DNA of 64,000 bases from Octopus sinensis (GCF_006345805.1 NC_043001.1:37262001-37326000), one strand, 5' to 3'. Positions 49,601 to 61,377 are shown, counted from the stretch's first letter. Translations and numbers: made by a program. The notes: generated by a model not told the origin, from the letters alone.

Positions 49601-52600
49601 ATGTATATTTCTTGTTTTATAGTGATCTAAATTAAAACCTCCCATCAAAATTGTACGTTAATTTATGTTCCTAACAACAGTTTCATAATGGCAAAATTAA
49701 CTGAAATAAAAGCAGTGTATTTCAATAGAAATTTGAAAATGAAAGACTTAACATAAATCCTATGATTCTTTATCATTTTATTATTGATGAAGTTTTATTC
49801 CCTGACAAATTACACAAATATTTATTTGAAAGACAGCCATATTTAAATACATAAAAGCCAATGCTTGAAAAATAACCATAGCTTTACTATTACTGATGGA
49901 GAAATTTGCTTTTCTTCAGATAATTATATCTATTTTGACAAACTTACTTAACTTTGAGTGTCACACTCAATTTGAAGAATAGTTACACTTAATCCTGAAT
50001 GATTAAGCAATTAACACTTTAACTGAATTCAGAAATATTTGCTATTTTATAAATGTATTTCATAAACAACTTCAGTATTTGTGGTTAAGAACCATAGTAG
50101 TTTTAATTTAATTACATCATTGTGATGCTAGGTTATGGTTAAAGTTAAATGGCAGTGATATGTTACTTCTTAGATATGTAATCCTTACTCTAGTATGAGA
50201 TGCCCTACAAATCACTACAGTGGTGTCACCTCAAAGTGTCCTACTAATCACTCAACAATGGTGTCACACTGAAATGCCTGATTGTTCCAACAGTGTTTCA
50301 TTATAGAATTCATTTAGCCAGGTTCTGATTTTACAATCTTCATCATGCCAAATTCCAACTAATTGACTTGTGACTGCTACAACTCCAACAAAACCATTGA
50401 TTAATGATGAAAAACAAAGCAAAAAAAATTGAATTCTTACCATGTCTACAAGTGAGATATAGAGAAACATGCCACCAGCTACTCCAAATATCCAAGTATG
50501 AGCTGCAGTAACTTCAGCCAATAAAATACCAAATATAAGACCAACATAACACATACAAGCAGACAAGAAATTAAAGAGCAGAGCTTTTTTTAATGTCATG
50601 CCAGAATTCAAAAGGATAGCAAAATCTCCTGCAAAGAAAAATAAGAAATGAAGTACCAATTAGATAATTGACATAAAATTCATTAGAAAGTTAGTGTATT
50701 TCCATTTTGGAAATCTTTAATGTTAAGATATTACCTTTGTGAAATAGGATTACAATCCTAAATAGTGCTTTTAGATAATACAGTTGATGTGTCTCGTGAA
50801 AATATTAAAATTTCAAGAAAGATTTTAGTCAATAAGATGGGTTAAATCAACACCTCACAACACAATGACCAAATGGGATTCTGCTGTAATCATATTCTTT
50901 ATTGTGATTCTCCGGAATAGAGCTTTCCGTTATCATCATTGTCATAAATTAAATCTTAACACCCATTTGCCATAGCAGCATTTGCTGGATGAATTACTTT
51001 AGATATAAATTATAAAATTTAATAAATTCTAGTTGCAGTGAAGTCCCTATCAGAATGCTCAGATATATGTAAATGGTGCTAGGTCAAAACCTTTCAATGT
51101 GGGTGTTGGACTTTGGTAGGAATGTGTATAGTCGCATCTTCTTTTCATAATTTTCAAGAACTGGAATGACATGCACAACTGATGTGGAAGTGGTATCACA
51201 ATCAGTGAATGTAGGATCATTCGGTTGATATTGGCTAAAGACATGGTACTACATGGCTCATGCAAATAGGTTTGCTGCCCAATGCTGCAAGGCAAGGATG
51301 AGAATTAGTGTTGTGAAGACTGAGACATTGGTCTCCTCAAGAAAGTTTTCCCAGTGCACTCTGCTTGCTAGTGGAGCAAAACTAAAGCAAGTGGAAAAGT
51401 TAAAGTATCTTGGAATCATATTCACAAGTAATGGGAGGCAGGAGGTTGAATTGGATGCTAGAATTTCAGGTGTTGGCATAGTATTTGGCAGCTCCAGCAT
51501 TCAATCCCCAGAAGAGAAGAGGTAAAAAAAACCCAAATTTGCTATCTTCGGTTTGGTTTCATGCCTATCCTCACCTATGGTCACCAATTCTGGGTAATGA
51601 CCAAAAGAGCACAATTGCTAATACAAGTGGCCAAGATGGAGTTCCTCCGAAGAATCTCTGGGGTAATGTTACTCAACAAAGTGCAAAGCTTGGAGATTAG
51701 GGAATCTCTCTCAATTGAGCCACTACTTCACATTGAGAAATCACAGCTCTAGTACTATGAACATGTAATAAGAAAGTTGTAAGAAAGAATCACAGGAAAG
51801 ATTCTTCAAGCCAAGCCAACTGGCAGGAGGCCCAGGGGTAGACCAAGAATGAAATGGTTGGATAATATCCATAGTTTCAGTTGGTCATATTTGGGTATCC
51901 ATCCAGAAAGTATAATGACAATTGATTCTGAGAGGATTCTATGGAGGAAGCACCTGAGGCCTCTGCTCCTATGACCTTCCTAGGAATAGGGAGTGGAGAA
52001 AATAGATGGAATAGTTAACTTCAATTCATATCAAGCTTTCAAATTCCAGCATTCAATATATATTAGATGTTAAGCAGGAAGTACCATGTAGCATAAATTG
52101 TACTGTGCATACATGAGCAATCACTAAGCACTAGAACAATGTGGTTGGCAAAACAGAAGGGGCAATTGGTTTCTAAGAGAGAAAAAAAAGTTGTTTTACC
52201 TATCCAGTTAGAGGTCTTTGGTCTTGTGCCACTGTACAACTATTCCCTTTGTTTAATTATTTCTTGTATCATTAAGGCATTTCTTATTTAGTTACATTTT
52301 TGCTTTATATTACTTTGTGTTAAGAACATTGCAATAGTGGCTCTGCATCCCATAAGAGCTATCTTTATCTTCAAATAAAATCATTTTATTTTATTAGAGT
52401 CAATAAAATAAGTACTAACATTAATTAGGATCAACTCAATTGATCATAGCTCTCTCTTAAAAATGTCAAGCCAACAATAAAAAAAAACTTATATTTGATT
52501 TTAAAAAATGTATCTCAACTTTTTGCCACTGCTTCATTTTGTAAATATAATGTTTCTTACCTAACTCATGAGGTAGTTCTTCACAAATAACAGCAAGGGA

Positions 52601-55600
52601 AACACTGATGCCGGTCATTACAGAAGAAGTGAAGGCAGCTCCAATGGACAAGCCATCAATAAAATTATGCAAAGCATCACCAAATATAATCATCCAAGCA
52701 ACAGTTTTGATTGGTTTCTTTTTACTTGTTTTAATGATGCAGTCATTATAATCTCCACGACTGTTCTGTTGATTAAAAAATAAAAAATAAATAAATAAAT
52801 ATGAAACAAAATGTATATCATAAACATCATTGTAGTCAGCACCATCATCATCCTAAACACAATCATATCATCATCAAATCTGAAGAGATATCATATAATA
52901 TATTTCTCTCACATTGTGCTTTTCTGTTCCAAATCTCATACAAAAATTACCTCTCACAATCCTTCTTTTCCAAAACTGAATTCTCACATTTTCCCTTCCA
53001 AACAATCTTCAACAATTCAACCTGGAGACTAACTGTACTAACCAAAAGATTCCATTGAGGAAGCATCTCAGAAATTCTATGGCTTCTGCACCTACTTATC
53101 AAGCTATAATTTTATAAGGCATGATAGATATCTTAATTAACATGAACATAACTAAGAAGTGTGAAATACAATTGTGGTGTTGCACTACTGGCCTCAAAGT
53201 CTTGAGTTCAAATGCCATCAGATTTATCTACCAAACTGAAGATCAGTGTCATTCCTATACTATTCACTACTAAGTCATTGGCAAGGTAAAGAATATCCAG
53301 ATGCCAAATACTTTTTCCAACAATAGAAGCAAACATATCCAACACCAATTCCATGCATACTGAATTAATGTGAAATTATTAATTTCTTTTCATTACATAC
53401 AAAGTTTTGTACTTGCTATTCCATATTTTTGAGATGAGGAATTATGTACATTTTTTTTACAGTGGATGGATAGATGTCCTCACCTTGTTTGTTGTTACTA
53501 CAATGTTTCAGCTGATGTACTCTCCAGCCTTCATCAGGTGTTCTGGTGGAATTTTGAACCCAACCCCCTATTTGACTAATGGGGTATTTTTTTTTGTTTA
53601 TGTTATATTTTTCTGTAGATATTATTTCCCAAGTCCCTGCTTGGGATTGAATTCAGAATCCGAGGGTTAGCAGTCTGCGCTTTTATCCACTGTGCTGTAT
53701 GCCTGTAGACAATTATAGAGTGAATTTTTGGGCTTATAGACCTAATATTTTATCTTTTCTTAATACCAGTTCCCATATAACATTCATATCTGCACTAGGT
53801 CTGCTTAGGAAAAAGACAATCAGCTGATATTCCTGGCTGTATTAATAACATGCACTGAGGATGGGTTCAGGACATTTGCATAGTGCAAGCCAACCTTCAC
53901 TGAATACCTCAACTTCAAATCCCACCAGCCATACAGTATAAAGAGAGGAATTGCTCAGTGTCTAAAACATCGAGCAAAGACTATAAGTAGTGATCCTGAT
54001 ACACACCATGAAGAAATGACCAGGCTTAGAAACAATCTACTATGCAACAACTACCCAGAAAACATACTATCCACTCCAATTAGGAAAAGGAGAGAGGATG
54101 AAACCCATAAACTGACCGCAGTCTGTCTACCTTATGTCAAAGGCTTCTCACAAAAGATACAAAAGACATGCAGTCTATAGGACATCAAGACAGTATTCAG
54201 AAGTAATACAGCACTTTGCATATATCTCCTCCAAGTAAAACCACCCATAGAAGAGAATCATCATCATCATCGTTTAACATCCGCTTTCCATGCTAGCATG
54301 GGTTGGACAATTTGACTGAGGACTGGTGAACCAGATGGCTGCACCAGGCTCCAGTCTTGATCTGGCAGAGTTTCTACAGCTGGATGCCCTTCCTAACGCC
54401 AACCACTCCAAAAATTACATGTACTCCATCCCATGCAGTTGCAGTAGGTTACACAAGGGCAAAACATGCTGCCCCCTTAAAATAAGGGTAGAGGAACATT
54501 GTAAAGCTGTGACACAAGGAGATATAGAAAAATCAGGTATAGCCAATCATTTATGGAAAAATAGTCACCACTTTCCCCTGTGGGATGAAGTCAAATAATA
54601 GACAGAGAACACCACTGGAAAATACGAAAATTAAAAGAGGCAGCACATATGCTAGGACACAATAATCTCCTAAGCAGACTCAATGCAGATATAAATGTAA
54701 TATGGGAACCAGTATTAAGAAAAGATAAAATATTAGGTTTATAGGCCCAAAAATTCACCCTATAATTGCCTACAGGAAGTGGATAAGAGTGCAGGCTACT
54801 AACCCTTGGATTCTGTGTCTGATCCCAGGCAGGGACTTGGGAAATAATATCAACAGAAAAAATAACATCGGCAAAAGAAAAGAATACCTTAGGAATGAGG
54901 AGAGAGTACTCCATTAGTCAAATAAAGGGTTGGGTTTGAAATTCCCCCAGAACATCTGATGAAGGCTGGAGAGTACATCAGCCGAAATGTTGTGGTAACA
55001 ACAAACAAGGTGAGGACACCTATCCGTCCATTGTAAATAAAATTTTGTACTTATTTTATCAACTCCTACAAAAGATACAGAGTTAGTTTACACCAAAGCA
55101 TATAGTCTGGCACTTTGCTTCCTTGATCATATTCACATAGAAATTTAAGATACTAAACAATAATGTACTAAATGGAAGATTACATAATTTTAAGATTTGA
55201 TTTGAACTTACATCATTACAATTTGTTTCAGTTTTAGCTTGTATATCTAAAAATTCACTGCTGTTAGTTCGACCCAAGCTTGATGTGCACTGACTAGCAG
55301 ACGCATGATAATTTGAAGGATCTTTCAGCTTTGCAGTGTCATTGTCTACAGGAGTCTTGGATTTCACAGAGCAAACAATATCTGATATATTGGGATTTTC
55401 TTCCAGACAACTAATTTGGCGGTTTTTGTTTTTATCCTGAAATTGAGCAAAAGAGAAACAGGTAATAATCACTTTGGCAACAAAATTTGATAAACATCAA
55501 AATTGGAGCAGCTGTTAAAAAGATGTTGATGCTTAAAACTAAAACAGACAATTACAATATAAACTCTACACTATATCTTCACAAGGTATGCACCTTAATT

Positions 55601-58600
55601 CTAATGAGAAGTACAATCACATTCAACCACCATAAAGTCATGAATGTTAAGCTATAAAAGCTTGGTGTCATCATCATCATCATCATCATCGTTTAGCATC
55701 CGCTTTCCATGCTAGCATGGGTTGGACAGTTCAACTGGGGTCTGGGAAACCAGAAGGCTGCACCAGGCCCAGTCTGATCTGGCAATGTTTCTATGGCTGG
55801 ATGCCCTTCCTAACGCCAACCACTCCGTGAGTGTAGTGGGTGCTTTTAAGTGCTACCGGCACAGGTGCCAGACGAGGCTGGCAAACAGCCACGATCGGAT
55901 GGTGCTTTTTAAGTGCCACCAGCACGGGGGCCAGGCGAGGCTGGCAATGGCCATGATCGGATGGTGTATCCTACCTAAAATACTAAGGTAGCATAATGTA
56001 CACTCAGAAAAAAATATGCTTTAAAAACATAATCAGAGAGTTACAGTAAGTTTTCTTTTCGGGCAGAAAATCAATTGTTTTTAGAATCTGGAATATAGTA
56101 GAAGAAAATATTTCCACATCTTACTGTTAACAATATCAGAATGCTAAAATGTGTATTTGGCGTTGAAGCATCTGAATTTTAAGACAATGATGAAATATGT
56201 TTACTCACCATTATCATGCTATATTCTGCTTCATCATCCTCATTGTTGTTCTAAAAGAAGGGATGAAACAAAATACAATAAAATTACTTTAAAGTTAAAA
56301 CTCATTTGCGAATATAGCTGAAATTATGAAAAATATGTAGATATTTAAAAAAATCTTTTATAAGTTTTCTATTTGTCAATATACGAGCTGTAGTTATAGA
56401 ATATAATGTCATCAACAGAAAGAGTTATTAGTTTGTTTTTTTCATTTTTCCAATAGTGACAATTAAATTCAGTGTGTAATAATTAAATTTAAGAACTTTT
56501 CACTGATTATTTTATTAGTATTGTTAACTAATTATTAAAAATTCATGCATAAAGGCTTTCATTCTAAAACAAACAATTACAAAATACAGAGAATAAAATC
56601 TGATTTGTGGGCCTAACAGGGTATTTATTTAAAATTCATTATGATTTCATGTAACTGTGAAAAACAGAGTTAATTGCTTGACTCTTAGCTAAATTTCAAT
56701 ATGAAATTTCAGCTCCATTGGCTTCAATGAAAATGATATCCCTCTTTCAAAACTGAAACACAGAAATGGCTTCTCACCATCACTTCTCATTTTATGTAAG
56801 TATTTAAGCTCACTACTGCAACCTAACAAATCAGTCATCAATTACACACTGTCCTAACTGCTTAATATAAGGCTTCCTATGTCTTGACAGCTTTTCAAAG
56901 CAACGCTCTGGTTTCATGAAATTTAGTGGATAAGAGATAAATCTTTCTTTGCATAAAGTGCCAGTCTATTTCAGATAGCATTGCCAGACATGATACATAT
57001 ACATGAAAGGGTAGTAGTACATAAAATGGACTCTATATGTTTTAATAATTCTTGAAATACTATGCTCTTATATATACTGATAATGTAGGCATTATAGGGT
57101 TAAGAAAATTACTCAGAACAATCAAAAAAGCACTTGTGAATTTGTACTTTTTTTGTCTCACTGAATATTATTGCAACATATTTTAGTTACACCACACAAA
57201 TGTCATCATCATTTCAATGTTCAATTTTCCATGTTTGTATAGGTCTAACAGAATTTAAGGCAATTAAAATGAAACAGTAACTGATGATCACATTAACACA
57301 GTCTAAGGCACAACCTATTTCATAGTCCCTTACATTATATGTATAGAAATAGATTTAACAGTTGCTTTATAAGAAAAGTTATCTGTAAAAAGATTGCCAA
57401 CTGATGAAATTCTGTTATTCTCTCCATGGCCACAAGACCACAAATTTTTGAGGAGGAAATAGTCAATTATATTGATTCTAGTACTTGACAAGCACTTTAC
57501 TTTAGCTTCTATGGAAGGATGAAAGACATGGTCAACCACAGCAGAATTTAAACCCAGAGTATAAAAAAAAAAACTAACTATATACTGTATGATGCACTGA
57601 CTGATGTTCTAAGAATTCTACCAACTCACCACCCTCAAGGAATGTTGCTGACTATGTACTAGCTGACAGGACCATTATCAATTTAACAACCATTTTGCCT
57701 TGCCAAAATTGTTATCAGATATAAAATGTCAGAAAAGAATGGAACAGATGTATCTATAATGTACATAGATGGAAAGTTAAGAAGAAATAATTACAGTAAT
57801 ACGAAAGTAAAAAAAAAAATCTTACCTTCTTCCATTCAAATGCTGACTTTAGAAATCTTTCAATAAGGAAAAATAAATATACCCCTCCCATAATTGTAGT
57901 GCTCATCCATAAATAACCATGTCGGTCCTCTTGTGTACCAACAAGTTCAAAGGCCTGGAAAGAGAACAAGAAAATTACAAAATTAAGATGTTTTGTATTA
58001 ATTTTGGACTTCAGTTTTGAATATCTGACATCCACTATTTCATTACGGTATGGTATGGGTATTTTTAATTTGAACATCAAATGAGATGGTATCAAAAAGT
58101 TCCCAGACTGTAGCATACAAACAAATGGCAGCACACGGTTGCATGTGCAGTGAGAGCTAGCAGTGACCTTCATGAGGCAATGTGCCCTGTGACATTGTTG
58201 TGTTTATTTCCCAAGTTGTGAAATTTGTGTTTTGCGATCACGTGTATGCTGTAATCTGCCATTTTGACATGGACAAGAAGTTGGAACAAAGAGCCAATGT
58301 GAAATTTTGCAATAAAGTTGGGAAGTCTGCTAAAGAGACATTGAGCATGTTTAGGCAAGCTTACAGCGACAAGGCAATGGGTCATACGCAATGTTTCAAA
58401 AGGGGAAGAACATTCCTGGACGCAGTAAGATACCAATAACAGGAATAACTGTCAAATCCTCAACCAAGAAGTCTCTTCTCTAATCAAAACTGTCAACTTA
58501 AGTATTACCTAACAAATAAACAAATTTCTTTCATCTTTTCCACATCTTTTATATAAGGACTACAGAGACACTAACTTTCCATCATTTATCCCTACTTACA

Positions 58601-60104
58601 CATGAAAATATGACCACGAATTTGTGAAGGAGTGGAAAATTTCCATGATTCCGGGTTCAGTCCCACTGCGTGGCATCTTGGGCAAGTGTCTTCTGCTATA
58701 GCCCCGGGCCGACCAATGCCTTGTGAGTGGATTTGGTAGACGGAAACTGAAAGAAGCCTGTCGTATATATGTATATATATATGTGGGGGGGGGTGTCTGT
58801 GTTTGTCCCCCAAGCATTGCTTGACAACCGATGCTGGTATGTTTATGTTCCTGTCACTTAGCGGTTCGGCAAAAGAGACCGATAGAATAAGTACTGGGCT
58901 TACAAAGAATAAGTCCCGGGGTCGATTTGACCGACTAAAGGCGGTGCTTGAGCATGGCCGCAGTCAAATGACTGAAACAAGTAAAAGAGTATATCAGAAA
59001 AGATTTTCAAAATGTGAAAATGTAATTCTGCATCACCTGCACATATACACATATGCACAAATGATGCAGTATTGCATTTTCACATTTGGAAAACCTTTTC
59101 TGATATGTTGGAATTTCTGGTATTATGCATCACTTCTAAGTATAAAACAAATATTTATATTACCTTTTCCCATGTTTTGTTGTCACCTGTTATGGTCTTG
59201 TTCCATTTTTTGTTTTTTTTTTATATATATTATCTTTTACTTGTTTCAGTTATTGGACTGCAGCCATGCTAGTCTAGTCAAACAAATTGACCTTAGTACC
59301 TATTCAATGAGTTTCTTTACCAAGTTGCAAAGTTACGGGAACATAAACAAATCAATATTGGCCATCAAATGGTGGTGCAGGACAAACACAAAGACATACA
59401 CAAACACCCACACACATTATCTAAAACAGCTTGATTCAGTTCGATGCAACTTCAAGTTTCACAAACCCCTACAAGGAAGCCTGCTCCTTCATGTTTCTGG
59501 AATGCTGAATGCCAATTTGACATTTTAGAAACCTAAAGGAGTCTTCCCATTAGGGGCCTGTAGCACGGAACTGAATCAAACTGTTTTAAATAATGCATGT
59601 AACTCCTACTAAATGTATTGAGTGCCCTGTTCTTTCATTTGTCTGCTCACTCTTGTGTGTTTATACATACATGCATACATACATATACACGATGGCTCCT
59701 TTCAGTTTCTGATAACCAAATCCACTCGCAAGGCTTTGATCAGGGCCATAGTAGAAGATTCTTGCCCGAGTGGATCTGAACATAAAATAATGTAATTGGG
59801 AAGCAAGCTTCTTACCACACAGGCATTCCTGTGCGCGCGCACACACACATACACACACACACAAAAGAACATTTTAAAAAACCCATCTGCATGAGGAAAT
59901 AAATTTGAAGAGTATTGAAAATTTGATAACTTACCTCTGGAATTAGGACAAGAAGCCCACTTCCTGCAAGACTTCCTACAGCCAAAGCAACAAGGAAGAG
60001 CAGGACTTTTTTATAGATACGTGTATTCATGACAGGCAGTACCACCACACCACAGAGAGCACACAGGTTGATAAGTGTTACAAACAAGAAACCAAATCCC
60101 CATG
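46455..60104 (-). CDS. SLC39A14-like: ZIP8/ZIP14-like (SLC39A, LIV-1 subfamily) metal transporter, 5'-partial, 7 exons, about 370 aa in the window
   Basis: join(complement): 59935-60104, 57826-57954, 56209-56250, 55212-55436, 52561-52765, 50441-50628, 46455-46607; GT-AG introns, phases consistent. TM4 [12 protein letters not shown]5 [11 protein letters not shown]-terminal MPEM...LQNIG. The first exon starts in phase 1, so earlier exons lie beyond 64000. Confidence 0.95.
46866..47471 (+). mobile_element. 5'-truncated RTE LINE (ORF C-terminus, complete 3' UTR, (GAT)n) nested in an older copy
   Basis: [41 protein letters not shown] (stop 46989-46991); ATCTA duplicated at 46861-46865 and 47472-47476. 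Confidence 0.88.
47972..48929. mobile_element. pogo/Tigger-like non-autonomous DNA transposon interrupted by an RTE tail
   Basis: TA|cagtaatcacttgctata ... atagttaagggattactag|TA; RTE 3' UTR copy at 48318-48810 inside. Confidence 0.65.
48318..48810 (+). mobile_element. RTE 3' UTR copy with 5 internal units
   Basis: gacctgttgaggcaagtgaaat... shared with 47080-47100; GATGATGAT tail. Confidence 0.82.
49338..49747. mobile_element. Inverted dimer of TTAA-specific MITEs sharing a central TTAA
   Basis: TTAA(49334)|cccttttgttacca...tggtatcaaaaggg|TTAA(49560)|cccttttgatac...aaagac|TTAA(49748). Confidence 0.82.
50441..50628 (-). CDS. SLC39A14-like: ZIP exon encoding TM6-TM7
   Basis: (G)[24 protein letters not shown]...[18 protein letters not shown]. 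Confidence 0.97.
51245..52010 (+). mobile_element. Degraded RTE-clade LINE 3' half (a different family)
   Basis: [11 protein letters not shown]...[12 protein letters not shown]...[10 protein letters not shown]...MEFLRRISG...[19 protein letters not shown]. Confidence 0.85.
52561..52765 (-). CDS. SLC39A14-like: ZIP exon encoding TM4-TM5 (metal-binding motifs)
   Basis: ...[50 protein letters not shown](G). Confidence 0.96.
53497..53542 (-). ncRNA. Minimal hammerhead motif in the inverted pLTR
   Basis: aacac-CTGATGA-aggctg..cagct-GAAAC-ATT-gtagt. Confidence 0.7.
53635..53704 (-). promoter_or_regulatory. tRNA-like (Pol III A/B-box) module inside the Penelope pLTR
   Basis: ggcatac-AGCACAGTGG-ataaaagcgcaga-CTGCTAA-ccctcggattctgaa-TTCAATCC-caag; homologues at 54773-54830 and 8754-8800. 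Confidence 0.6.
54257..54409 (-). mobile_element. RTE 3' UTR copy inserted in the Penelope ORF
   Basis: (CAT)n...ccaaccactc interrupts KPPIEEN / KNYMYSIPC. Confidence 0.85.
54951..54996 (+). ncRNA. Minimal hammerhead motif in the 3' pLTR
   Basis: aacat-CTGATGA-a-ggctg(loop)cagcc-GAAAT-GTT-gtggt. Confidence 0.72.
55212..55436 (-). CDS. SLC39A14-like: ZIP exon (TM3-TM4 cytosolic loop)
   Basis: caatttcag|DKNKNRQ...TETNCND|GTAAGT; 225 nt open, phase 0/0. Confidence 0.78.
55668..55966 (-). mobile_element. RTE 3' UTR copy
   Basis: (CAT)n head, same family. Confidence 0.8.
56209..56250 (-). CDS. SLC39A14-like: ZIP 42-nt micro-exon (TM3-TM4 loop)
   Basis: tttcatcccttcttttag|[14 protein letters not shown]|GTGAGT; phase 0/0, no stop. 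Confidence 0.7.
57826..57954 (-). CDS. SLC39A14-like: ZIP exon encoding TM3
   Basis: [43 protein letters not shown]; GTAAGA donor. Confidence 0.95.
58082..58430 (+). mobile_element. Mariner left end: TIR and transposase N-terminus
   Basis: tgagatggtatcaaaaagttcccag; [37 protein letters not shown] (ATG 58269). Confidence 0.85.
58647..58990 (+). mobile_element. tRNA-derived SINE (family 1), 5'-truncated young copy
   Basis: ccgggttcagtcccactgcgtggc...gactgaaacaagtaaaagag. Confidence 0.8.
59935..60104 (-). CDS. SLC39A14-like: ZIP exon encoding TM1-TM2
   Basis: [56 protein letters not shown]; GTAAGT donor. Confidence 0.96.
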
Positions 60105-60707
60105 CTGAAAGAAACCATTGAAAATACCTGAAATCAATATTATTTTTTTCTCCTTAAAGAATGTAGCTATGCACATGTTCCATATGTATACAAGTAGTGT
60201 GTGTGTGTGTGTGGATGTTTATTAGTATCCATGTGTCTGTGCAGGTGTGCATGTCAGTAGGTGTATTACTAAAAGGGTGGGTAGGATGGTTTTACTCAAA
60301 CTCATTTGTTCAGGTCATGTGAACTGAAACTAAATATAAACATCATTCTATGAATACACTCTTCTGATCCATGATAGTTATAATTTAAGCATTTAGGATT
60401 CCCAAGTGAAAATAGTCTGAGAGTAGTTTATTATATTATCTAAGTGATATTTGCTTATTTTCATTTTCAAATGGGCTTCTTCAGTCTGTCATCAGCATGC
60501 TGATTTTCCCATGATTTTACCAGAGCATAATATTTTGTGGTGGTGAGAACAAGTGGGTTTTAGTTTTATGTCCTATAAGTTACTAATTTCAATTTTGCAA
60601 TGTAGATAAAGATAGTTTATTTTCTAAGCTGCTCTCTTCTTGATCTATTGAAGCTAAGTTATTCAGATAATCTTCATGCCATATCACCAACCCCCATCTA
60701 TTTCCAA

Positions 60708-60912
60708 GTAAGAGATCAAGAGTGAATTGCAGAAGGTCCTGAACTCACGGAAAACAACTTCCAGGCCAGATTCCAAAAGTGGCAGGAATGCTGAGAGTGG
60801 TGCAGTGCTGTGCAAGGTAACTATTTTAAAGGAGATGATGTTAAAACTAAGGTAAATGTGTTATTTTTTATTAAACATAACTATTCCGGGAACCTTTTGA
60901 TAGCACCTTGTA
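60708..60912 (+). mobile_element. Mariner right end: transposase C-terminus, TIR and TA
   Basis: EIKSELQKVLNS/TENNFQARFQKWQEC*EWCSAVQGNYFKGD; ttccgggaaccttttgatagcaccttg|TA matches the left TIR at 20/27. Confidence 0.82.
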
Positions 60913-61377
60913 GTTTTAGACATCTGAGAAAGAGATGGATTGTCACAGCTGAAATTACTTTGATGATAAATCTACCCTTGATCAGTGTTGACAAAAGGCA
61001 AACAGTTGTAAAGGTTTTTTTTTTCTTTTCTTCTTTTTTTTTCTAGTAATGAACTGTACAGATCTGAAGTATCAGCTTTCACTTAAACGGACAGTTATGT
61101 GTCTTACTCAAGGACACATCACAGTGCTGGTGATAGAATACAAAGTGCTGGCTCTTCAGCTGACAGCCAGAAATCCTATTAACTCAGCCACTAACAACAA
61201 TTATTAGACACTCAATAAAAATAATAAAATAAATACAAGCAATACACAGAACTTACAGTGTGGCTAGTCAGAGACAGTAACATCTAGTCAGATTTTCAGC
61301 TTTGAAATGGTTTAACTATGGTTACAATTGAATATAACATCCTTTATCGTCATCACCACCACTAATAATAATTATCA

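Larger units (their letters stand above)
53425..55050 (+). mobile_element. Penelope-like retroelement: inverted 5' pLTR, RT C-terminus, GIY-YIG endonuclease, 3' pLTR
   Basis: [12 protein letters not shown]...[13 protein letters not shown]...NNYPE...LPYVKG (53812-54256); [15 protein letters not shown]...IRVEEH...KLKEAAHM (54410-54744); about 360-bp inverted repeats at 53455-53812 and 54668-55033. Confidence 0.92.
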
